IMG/VR virus record: IMGVR_UViG_2778261643_000001
Span: 1 to 5,820 of that record
Strand: one strand, 5' to 3'
From: a virus
Taxonomy: Duplodnaviria; Heunggongvirae; Uroviricota; Caudoviricetes
Length of the DNA stretch: 5,820 nucleotides
Of this stretch, positions 1 through 5,703 are shown piece by piece; the stretch's first letter is position 1, and every line of letters starts with the position of its first letter. The notes beneath the pieces were generated by a model. That model searched no databases. It was given only the letters and a program-made list of their open reading frames with translations, and had not been told where the DNA came from. Made by a program: the position numbers and the translations under genes.

Positions 1-392
<392 letters not shown>

Positions 393-393
393 G

Positions 394-416
394 AAAAGCC
401 CGGCGTTCGGGCTTTT
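394..416. terminator. Bidirectional rho-independent terminator between the convergent plus-strand gene and the minus-strand operon
   Basis: Stem GCCCG (398-402) / CGGGC (408-412) with a 5-nt loop, flanked by AAAA (394-397) and TTTT (413-416). Either strand therefore reads a GC stem followed by a U-run. It sits between the stop at 390-392 and the stop of the minus-strand gene at 439-441. Confidence 0.7.
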
Positions 417-438
417 CTGTTATGACGGGTTCAATTTT

Positions 439-1413
439 TTATCCGTTACCGCGCGACGGTTTCTGCGTGATAAACGTCTCAAGCATCTTTTCCGCAATTG
501 CCGACCAGGTGTGACACTGGACCTTTTCAGCATTTTTCACGCGATCAACGCGAGCAATAACCTCATCCCAATCAATCCGCGACTTGATAACCATATGGTT
601 CACCAAAGCCAGGCGATCTGGCGGAAGGCAATCGGGAGGCGTTAATACCAACGCCCCGCACATTGCCGCCTCAAGTACAGTTAATCCAAGGCTTTCGGGA
701 TGCGTAACGATAAACACGTCACTCTTACGCAATTCAGCTGCAAATTCGGTTGCTGGTACCGGCGTCCGTCTGTATGGGGTTACCGATATATTCCCCGGAT
801 CAATGGTAATCAATCCGTCATCGGTCAACGTTCTGGCCTCATACGGAACGGTCAGACGCTGAAGGTTCATAAGGATACTTAAGGAGTGATCAAACCCACT
901 AACATCAAATGCAGCGTGGTCTACAAAAATACGCAGAACATCGTCTGTTTTGGTTTCCAGATGGAACAGATCCTGATTCGCTGCCCATCCAACATGTTTG
1001 TTAAAGCGATTATGACGCTCTAACCTGCCTGGATTATCCAGGTACCGCCAGGTATCATCGCGGACAGTAAAAGTAATATCGACTGGTGCCGAATCCAGCA
1101 TAGAACCGTCGTATACCTGGGCTACCCATCCAGTGAATCGACGACGCAGTTGCACGCCTATTTCCCTGGGCACCGTAGTAAAATACCGCAATCCTGGCGC
1201 TAAAATGGCTTTCGCAGAACACGAGGTCGCAGCGGTCAACACAGCTTCAACATAATCCTCCGGGCTTTCGACGCCGGGGGAATATGGACGATGGTATTGC
1301 AATGTTACCCCTGCCTCACTAAAGGCGCAGGCCAGGTTGTAAGCCCACATTTCCGTATATGTTTTCACATCACTGATAGCTTCAAATTTTCGCCCAATGA
1401 TCAGGATGTTCAT
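439..1413 (-). CDS. dbn: GT-B fold (GT1/GT4-like) glycosyltransferase-like protein, about 324 aa; alternative upstream start at 1437 overlapping the helicase stop
   Basis: Long minus-strand ORF. The ATG at 1413-1411 is preceded by GAGGAAAAG with about 7-8 nt spacing (strong RBS); the ORF-track start at 1437 forms TAATG with the helicase stop. N-terminus MNILIIGRK and C-terminal region SDVFIVTHPESLGLTVLEAAMCGALVLTPPD resemble the conserved E-x7-E region of retaining GT4 glycosyltransferases. The symbol is from my recollection that the gene downstream of ban in P1 is called dbn; it has not been verified by search. Confidence 0.75.
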   Translation of the reverse strand: MNILIIGRKFEAISDVKTYTEMWAYNLACAFSEAGVTLQYHRPYSPGVESPEDYVEAVLTAATSCSAKAILAPGLRYFTTVPREIGVQLRRRFTGWVAQVYDGSMLDSAPVDITFTVRDDTWRYLDNPGRLERHNRFNKHVGWAANQDLFHLETKTDDVLRIFVDHAAFDVSGFDHSLSILMNLQRLTVPYEARTLTDDGLITIDPGNISVTPYRRTPVPATEFAAELRKSDVFIVTHPESLGLTVLEAAMCGALVLTPPDCLPPDRLALVNHMVIKSRIDWDEVIARVDRVKNAEKVQCHTWSAIAEKMLETFITQKPSRGNG

Positions 1414-1436
1414 CGGCTTTTCCTCATTCCATTGCA

Positions 1437-2801
1437 TTAATAATCCTCTTGCCAGTCAGCACCAGCATAGTTATCAAACCGTGAGTATTGGCCGTTAAAA
1501 GCCAATCTCACCGTGCCAATTGGGCCATTTCGTTGCTTTCCGATAATTACCTCGGCAATGCCCTTCATTTCGCTATCCGGGTGATAAACTTCGTCGCGAT
1601 ACAGAAACATGATCAGGTCTGCGTCCTGCTCAATTGCTCCTGATTCACGTAAATCTGAATTTACCGGTCGTTTGTCCGCACGCTGTTCAAGCGATCGATT
1701 AAGTTGTGACAATGCCACCACCGGTACTTGTAATTCCTTCGCCAACGCCTTCAGTGAGCGAGAAATCTCGGCAATTTCCAGCGTTCGGTTATCTTGCAGC
1801 TCGGGGACGCGCATAAGTTGCAGGTAGTCGATCATAATCATGCTCAAACCACCATTTTCTTTATAAACACGACGAGCGCGGGAACGAAGCTCTGTAGGTG
1901 TCAGGGCGCTTGAGTCATCAATAAAAATATTCTGCTTGTCCAACAGAATCCCCATTGCGCCAGAAACCCGCGCCCAATCCTCGTCGTTAAGTTGCCCTGT
2001 TCGAATACGAGTCTGATCAACGCGTGCAAGAGAAGCCAGTGAGCGCATCATCAGCTGGTGGCTCGGCATCTCAAGGCTAAAAACCAATACGGGCTTATCG
2101 TTACGGACTGCGGCATTTTCGACGAGATTCATCGCAAACGTAGTCTTCCCCATCGATGGGCGGGCGGCGACAATAATGAGATCGGACGCCTGAAGTCCTG
2201 CCGTCTTCTTATTGAGATCGGTAAATCCGGTATCAAGCCCCGTTACACCATCATGCGGTCGCTGAAACAACTCTTCTATGCGAGATACCGTTGCATCGAG
2301 AATGCTGGCGATATCTTTTGGACCACTACCGCTCTTTTGTCGTTTTTCAGCTATTTCAAAAACGCGGCGCTCGGCCATATCCAGCAATTCATTGCTGCCC
2401 CTGCCATCCTGCGCATATCCAGCTTCGGCTATTTCATTTGCGACGGAAATCATTTCACGAACAACCGCGCGTTCACGAACGATATCCGCATAAGCACAAA
2501 TATTTGCCGCGCTGGGCGTGTTCTTTGACATCTCCGCAAGGTACGCAAAACCACCGGCGCGTTCTAATTTACCGTTCTGTTCAAGTGCTTCAGCAAGTGT
2601 TATCAAATCAATCGGTTTGCCATGACTTAATAACCTCTCCATCTCACTGAAAATTTCACGATGAGCACTGGTAAAAAAATCATCAGCAACTATACGATCT
2701 GCAACTTCATCCCAGCGGCAGTTATCAAGCATTAAGCCACCAAGTACAGCTTGTTCTGCACTAAGGGAATTTGGCATGGATTCAAGAGGGGATGCAGACA
2801 T
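1437..2801 (-). CDS. ban: DnaB-family replicative DNA helicase, phage P1 Ban-like; likely start at ATG 2801, with an in-frame GTG at 2807
   Basis: The translation aligns by eye along its whole length with E. coli DnaB: SAEQAVLGGLMLDN, AARPSMGKTTFAMNLVENAA (Walker A), LIMIDYLQLM, VPVVALSQLNRSLEQRADKRPVNSDLRESGAIEQDADLIMFLYRDEVYH, IIGKQRNGPIGTVRL. The N-terminus is shorter than host DnaB, as I recall for P1 Ban. GGAG lies 5 nt upstream of the ATG at 2801. The context of three tRNAs, a lipoprotein and a coupled downstream gene argues for a phage paralogue, not chromosomal dnaB. Confidence 0.93.
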   Translation of the reverse strand: MSASPLESMPNSLSAEQAVLGGLMLDNCRWDEVADRIVADDFFTSAHREIFSEMERLLSHGKPIDLITLAEALEQNGKLERAGGFAYLAEMSKNTPSAANICAYADIVRERAVVREMISVANEIAEAGYAQDGRGSNELLDMAERRVFEIAEKRQKSGSGPKDIASILDATVSRIEELFQRPHDGVTGLDTGFTDLNKKTAGLQASDLIIVAARPSMGKTTFAMNLVENAAVRNDKPVLVFSLEMPSHQLMMRSLASLARVDQTRIRTGQLNDEDWARVSGAMGILLDKQNIFIDDSSALTPTELRSRARRVYKENGGLSMIMIDYLQLMRVPELQDNRTLEIAEISRSLKALAKELQVPVVALSQLNRSLEQRADKRPVNSDLRESGAIEQDADLIMFLYRDEVYHPDSEMKGIAEVIIGKQRNGPIGTVRLAFNGQYSRFDNYAGADWQEDY

Positions 2802-3086
2802 TAGCACTCCACCCAGGCGTGCTGAATGTCAGATATAATCGGCATACTCAAATCACTCCTAACGATATGAGTCATCACCAGAAAATCAGGATTAATGCGC
2901 CGGACTCTTCCCGGCTGTCACACCGAATCGCCAGGATGGTGAGTCCCTGAATCCGCTATCCCTCCAACGGTGACTTGCACATTCCGGCTACCTGGTTTGT
3001 TGCCTGAGCTAGGGGAAAAGGCAATCCCTTTAACGTCACCAGACCGCTAACGACGCATGTGCCAGACGCCGTGTTACAACCAAATA

Positions 3087-3162
3087 TGGTGGCCCCTACC
3101 GGACTTGAACCGGTGACCGTGCGATTATGAGTCGCCAGCTCTAACCACTGAGCTAAAGGGCC
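3087..3162 (-). tRNA. tRNA-Ile2-like, anticodon CAU (presumed lysidine-modified, AUA-decoding); tRNA-Met not excluded
   Basis: Minus-strand sequence GGCCCTT-TA-GCTC-AGTGGTTA-GAGC-T-GGCGA-CTCATAA-TCGCA-CGGTC-ACCGG-TTCAAGT-CCGGT-AGGGGCC-A-CCA folds as a 76-nt cloverleaf with encoded CCA. The acceptor and D arms closely resemble E. coli ileX as I recall it. P1 is reported to carry a tRNA-Ile (tentatively trnI). Confidence 0.88.
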
Positions 3163-3189
3163 GGATTACTGCCAATTTTGCTTACGCTT

Positions 3190-4017
3190 TTATTTCACCG
3201 GAACAAACGGAACAGCGGCATTACTGGTCATATACTGCGGTAATGTACCGTTCCATTTGTTGATCGCTTCCAACTCCATAACACCGGGGTTCTGGCGCAG
3301 AGCTTCACCACGTAAACGAATGGCATCAGCTTCGGCCTGGGCTTTTGTGCGAATAGCATCAGCCTGTCCGGCAGCTTCCGCGCGCAGCATGTTGGCCTCT
3401 GCTTCACGTTGTTTGACCTCTTGCTCGCGTTGCAGGGTTTTTTGGTTTGCCGTGACTTTGGCGTTAATACTGTCAATAACTGTTGGCGGGTATTCTGGCT
3501 TACCTACATAAGAGAGGCTCATCACCTGAATGCCGATTGGCGTCATTTCTTCCTGAATGTCTTTAAGGGCTGCATCAAGCAATTCAGATTTGCCACCGTC
3601 GATAAATTTGTCGGTGGTCATTTTGCTGGCTAACCGGTTCAGAGCATCTGCAACCTTCTGGCGTAGATCGGTATCAGTAATATCATCTACACCTTTGCGA
3701 TAGGTCTGAAATACCGTTGTGACTTTTGCTGGATCAACCTTGTAGGCTACGCCGATGTGGTAACCAATGGTTGTTCCGTCGCTCATCTGGAAGCTGAACG
3801 GCTCATCGTATGTCTTCATTTGCTTAAAGGTCGGGAAGATATAAACTTCAGTATTCAAGCCTGTCCAGTAGCGACCAACGCCAACTACTTCACCGATACC
3901 TTTATCATCCCCCAGCTTATTTACTTTGATCCCTACGTTACCTGGCTCTACCCGATCGCATCCGGTCAGGCATAAAGAACCCAAAATAATCGCTGCACTA
4001 ATCAACGTTTTTTTCAT
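3190..4017 (-). CDS. SPFH/Band-7 (stomatin/prohibitin-like) domain lipoprotein with C-terminal coiled-coil, 275 aa
   Basis: N-terminal signal peptide with lipobox (MKKTLISAAIILGSLCLTGC, Cys at the +1 position). The central region reads like an SPFH domain and the C-terminus is an Ala/Glu/Arg/Gln-rich predicted coiled-coil (QREQEVKQREAEANMLRAEAAGQADAIRTKAQAEADAIRLRGEALRQ). RBS AGGA lies about 9 nt before the ATG. It may correspond to the P1 'putative lipoprotein' (plp), but that name is a tentative recollection. Confidence 0.85.
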   Translation of the reverse strand: MKKTLISAAIILGSLCLTGCDRVEPGNVGIKVNKLGDDKGIGEVVGVGRYWTGLNTEVYIFPTFKQMKTYDEPFSFQMSDGTTIGYHIGVAYKVDPAKVTTVFQTYRKGVDDITDTDLRQKVADALNRLASKMTTDKFIDGGKSELLDAALKDIQEEMTPIGIQVMSLSYVGKPEYPPTVIDSINAKVTANQKTLQREQEVKQREAEANMLRAEAAGQADAIRTKAQAEADAIRLRGEALRQNPGVMELEAINKWNGTLPQYMTSNAAVPFVPVK

Positions 4018-4234
4018 TAATTAATTTCCTGGTTTTTTCACGAAAAAAGACTACTGCGAAAGCCGGGTAAATGAGCGCAAGAAGGACTCCCAACAATACA
4101 AGTATTGTGCTGTTAGATGAGATCATATTTGGCAAAAGCCAAACATACAGAACCAGTGACACAATCAAACAGAGGACGGCATAAATATATAACCGCACCC
4201 ATAGCGTTCGACATTTGTTCGGATTGTTCTGCAT
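3998..4234 (-). CDS. Small two-TM inner-membrane protein (78 aa) overlapping the SPFH lipoprotein start by 20 nt; likely co-translated partner
   Basis: Two hydrophobic segments (LYIYAVLCLIVSLVLYVWLL and STILVLLGVLLALIYPAFAVVFF) with a basic C-terminal tail. GGAG lies about 9 nt upstream of the ATG at 4234. The 3' end overlaps the downstream lipoprotein gene. SPFH proteins are commonly encoded with a small membrane partner (NfeD-type), although this protein is too short to carry an NfeD OB-fold. Confidence 0.6.
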   Translation of the reverse strand: MQNNPNKCRTLWVRLYIYAVLCLIVSLVLYVWLLPNMISSNSTILVLLGVLLALIYPAFAVVFFREKTRKLINEKNVD

Positions 4235-4393
4235 CCTCTCACTCCATTATTTAACGAATAAAAAAGCTGCGGTGCCGGGTGCCTCCCGGTGTCCTTTGGC
4301 TGGTTATCCACCGTGGACGGGGAAACAAGGAGAAATGAATGGACTGATATAACCATTTCCCCGCGTGCGCTTAGCCGCATTCACCGCAACGGA

Positions 4394-4453
4394 AAGAGCA
4401 TTCTTGGTGGACCTGTAGATTGGGATATGAACCCGTTACAGGAGAATGCTCTT
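4394..4453. repeat. Nested-hairpin repeat element, copy A: 11-bp outer inverted repeat enclosing the conserved core GTAGATTGGGATATGAACCCGTTACA (4415-4440)
   Basis: Outer arms AAGAGCATTCT (4394-4404) and AGAATGCTCTT (4443-4453) are exact reverse complements. Inside, CCTGTA (4412-4417) pairs with TACAGG (4437-4442), and GGG (4422-4424) pairs with CCC (4432-4434) around a 7-nt loop. The core is 24/26 identical to 5095-5120. Confidence 0.6.
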
Positions 4454-4516
4454 ACCTGTTGCGTACTCCGTTTCATGGAGTTAACGGCGGACTAACCATC
4501 CGCCCCAAATTTATAA

Positions 4517-4930
4517 TTAGCTGCTTGCTGACGGATAGTTTTTGGTTAATTGGACCAAGCGAGCATCAAGAGCTTTTCGATAATCAATCATGCTTCCGAG
4601 CTGAATTTCCAAATCCAACTGCTTGCACTGGTCTATAGTGAGGAATTTATCTGTTCCAATGAATCGAACAAGCTTATTTATGCGCTGGCATAGCTGAGCA
4701 CGTTCGATAATCATTCGCTTGTGGTATTCCTCCAAGCCGTCAATTTTGCCCAACGGAGCTGCTATTTCATTAAATTCACGAAGTGGTATTTTGAGTTCGT
4801 TACCGAACACATCTACAACATCAATTTCAGATGCATCTTCTTTCGAAACTTTATCGACCTGATAACTGGTGCTAACCACTAAAGAAATAACAAACTGCTC
4901 TTTCTGCATAATTACCGTTCTCGCACTCAT
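4517..4930 (-). CDS. Hypothetical protein, 137 aa (130 aa if started at the ATG at 4909); no recognisable family
   Basis: Uninterrupted ORF in a stretch that looks somewhat lower in GC than the helicase region by hand count of a 100-nt sample of each. Neither candidate ATG has a convincing Shine-Dalgarno. It is bracketed by the two near-identical repeat cores at 4415-4440 and 5095-5120. I do not recognise any motif in the protein. Confidence 0.5.
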   Translation of the reverse strand: MSARTVIMQKEQFVISLVVSTSYQVDKVSKEDASEIDVVDVFGNELKIPLREFNEIAAPLGKIDGLEEYHKRMIIERAQLCQRINKLVRFIGTDKFLTIDQCKQLDLEIQLGSMIDYRKALDARLVQLTKNYPSASS

Positions 4931-5047
4931 GGGTGACAGTTTCTAAATAAATTGTGATGGTCGGTGCTGAACTCCGACACAGGGTTGTAGCAAGCCCCGC
5001 AAAGCGCGCACTACTGTAGTTGCGGCACATCAGCCTGTGCATTCACC

Positions 5048-5139
5048 ACAACGTTGAGAACACTGATTGTCACGCTGCAACGCAACATTTATTCGTAGAT
5101 TGGGATATGACCCCGTTACGCCAGTGTTCTCAACGTTGT
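5048..5139. repeat. Nested-hairpin repeat element, copy B: perfect 18-bp inverted repeat (5048-5065 / 5122-5139) enclosing a 56-nt spacer with core GTAGATTGGGATATGACCCCGTTACG (5095-5120)
   Basis: ACAACGTTGAGAACACTG and CAGTGTTCTCAACGTTGT are exact reverse complements. Inside, CGTA (5094-5097) pairs with TACG (5117-5120). Compared with copy A the closing pair changes T:A to C:G, a compensatory change, while the 22-nt interior stays almost identical. Confidence 0.6.
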
Positions 5140-5285
5140 AGTGCCGGTTACGGTTCCGGCCAGGCCTCTTCCTCAACGGGGTGTTCTCCATACGGACTAC
5201 CGTTTATTGGTCGTTCCTGCGGTTTATGTTGTGAAGCCAGATGCTTATCTTCTGGTTGCTTCTAAGAGCTGCACTTCATCACAAC

Positions 5286-5359
5286 GGTAAGGGTACTTCG
5301 TAGGGATTCGAACCCTCTGCCAAGCACGGCGATCTCCGACGTCGCAAAATACCCTTACC
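5286..5359 (-). pseudogene. tRNA-like pseudo-element: a canonical T-arm (GGGTTCGAATCCC) inside a perfect 10-bp terminal inverted repeat (GGTAAGGGTA / TACCCTTACC); not a foldable canonical tRNA
   Basis: The minus strand reads GGTAAGGGTA...GCAGAGGGTTCGAATCCCTACGAAGTACCCTTACC. The 10-bp terminal helix and the T-arm are clear, but I cannot place a D-arm or anticodon arm at canonical distances, and there is no encoded CCA. It lies 8 nt downstream (in transcription order) of tRNA-Thr. Confidence 0.4.
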
Positions 5360-5367
5360 TGTTGTGT

Positions 5368-5443
5368 TGGTGCCGGTTAACGGACTCGAACCGCTGACAT
5401 CCTGCTTACAAGGCAGGCGCTCTACCAACTGAGCTAAACCGGC
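5368..5443 (-). tRNA. tRNA-Thr, anticodon UGU
   Basis: Minus-strand sequence GCCGGTT-TA-GCTC-AGTTGGTA-GAGC-G-CCTGC-CTTGTAA-GCAGG-ATGTC-AGCGG-TTCGAGT-CCGTT-AACCGGC-A-CCA folds as a 76-nt cloverleaf with a 7-bp acceptor stem and encoded CCA. P1 is reported to carry a tRNA-Thr. Confidence 0.9.
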
Positions 5444-5445
5444 AT

Positions 5446-5521
5446 TGGCGATGGTGGATGGATTTGAACCATCGACCCGTTGATTAACAGTCAACCGCTC
5501 TAACCGCTGAGCTACACCATC
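5446..5521 (-). tRNA. tRNA-Asn, anticodon GUU; sequence unlike host tRNA-Asn
   Basis: Minus-strand sequence GATGGTG-TA-GCTC-AGCGGTTA-GAGC-G-GTTGA-CTGTTAA-TCAAC-GGGTC-GATGG-TTCAAAT-CCATC-CACCATC-G-CCA folds as a 76-nt cloverleaf with a perfect acceptor stem and anticodon stem. Only 2 nt separate it from tRNA-Thr. P1 is reported to carry a tRNA-Asn. Confidence 0.85.
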
Positions 5522-5650
5522 ACTTGCCGGGTACGTCTCCGGCGAGGGCTTCCACCTCCGTATGCTTTTCGGCGCACCGCGCCCTGGCTGCAATTCGGTA
5601 ACAGGGGATGCATAACCCTGGCTTCCAGCGTGATTAGCGCCTTCAGCATG

Positions 5651-5665
5651 ACGGGATATACCCGT
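5651..5665. other. Short palindromic hairpin ACGGG-ATATA-CCCGT, related to the GGGATAT..CCCGT core of the repeat family
   Basis: 5-bp stem ACGGG/CCCGT with an ATATA loop. It shares GGGATAT and CCCGT with the cores at 4421-4436 and 5101-5116. It lies about 130 bp upstream (in transcription order) of tRNA-Asn. Confidence 0.4.
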
Positions 5666-5682
5666 AGCAAGACGTTATTCCT

Positions 5683-5703
5683 AAATTGCTAAAAGCAATT
5701 GCT
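5683..5703. promoter_or_regulatory. Candidate repressor operator (P1 C1-type?) with palindrome ATTGCT-AAA-AGCAAT and an overlapping third ATTGCT; probably overlaps the promoter of the tRNA-ban operon
   Basis: Minus-strand reading ATTGCTTTTAGCAATTT matches about 13/17 positions of the P1 C1 operator consensus as I recall it (ATTGCTCTAATAAATTT). It sits in the about 300-bp non-coding region upstream of the first minus-strand gene. No comparable site lies directly upstream of the helicase gene (2802-3086). The -35 and -10 elements could not be placed confidently. Confidence 0.3.

Noticed and set aside
1609-2650. Plus-strand ORFs 1609-1827, 2058-2528, 2278-2493 and 2291-2650
   Set aside because: All are antisense or alternative-frame ORFs inside the strongly supported DnaB-family helicase gene; mutually overlapping and without start signals.
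1437-2807. Chromosomal dnaB locus of an enterobacterial host
   Set aside because: The N-terminus is shorter than host DnaB, and the neighbours (non-host-like tRNAs, SPFH lipoprotein, overlapping glycosyltransferase-like gene, spike-like gene) match a P1-like phage replication region rather than the chromosomal dnaB neighbourhood I recall. A database search is needed to be certain.
2834-2839. Plus-strand TATAAT hexamer in the helicase leader
   Set aside because: It is on the strand antisense to the operon with no convincing -35 element. A weak internal minus-strand promoter (TTAGGA..TTATAT) is conceivable but unsupported.
3228-3975. ORFs 3228-3476 (-), 3257-3511 (+), 3409-3633 (+) and 3757-3975 (+)
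   Set aside because: Alternative-frame or antisense ORFs embedded in the SPFH lipoprotein gene, which has a clear signal peptide, lipobox and RBS.
4267-4295. GC-rich hairpin CCGGG-TGCCT-CCCGG upstream of the small membrane protein gene as a terminator
   Set aside because: On the transcribed minus strand the stem is separated from the T-run by about 9 nt, so it is not a canonical intrinsic terminator. It may be an attenuator or RNA stability element but this cannot be shown from sequence.
4165-4638. ORFs 4165-4380 (-), 4289-4495 (+) and 4420-4638 (+)
   Set aside because: They overlap the hairpin-rich intergenic region and repeat copy A, lack Shine-Dalgarno sequences, and their frames are kept open by the GC-rich palindromes, not by coding constraint. 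A tiny real peptide cannot be fully excluded.
4394-5139. CRISPR array
   Set aside because: Only two full copies of the 26-nt core exist, separated by about 650 bp containing an ORF. There is no regular repeat-spacer periodicity and no cas genes in the window.
5020-5265. Cys-rich 81-aa plus-strand ORF
   Set aside because: It spans the perfect 18-bp inverted repeat and repeat core B on the strand opposite to all supported transcription, with no RBS. The cysteine richness reflects GC-rich palindromic sequence. Kept as low-probability only.
5279-5593. 104-aa minus-strand ORF
   Set aside because: It is an artefact of translating through the tRNA genes and the tRNA-like element. Its GSNPS, GSSPL and GSNPY peptides are the translated T-arms (GGTTCAAATCC and similar), and the region is fully accounted for by tRNA-Asn, tRNA-Thr and the pseudo-tRNA.
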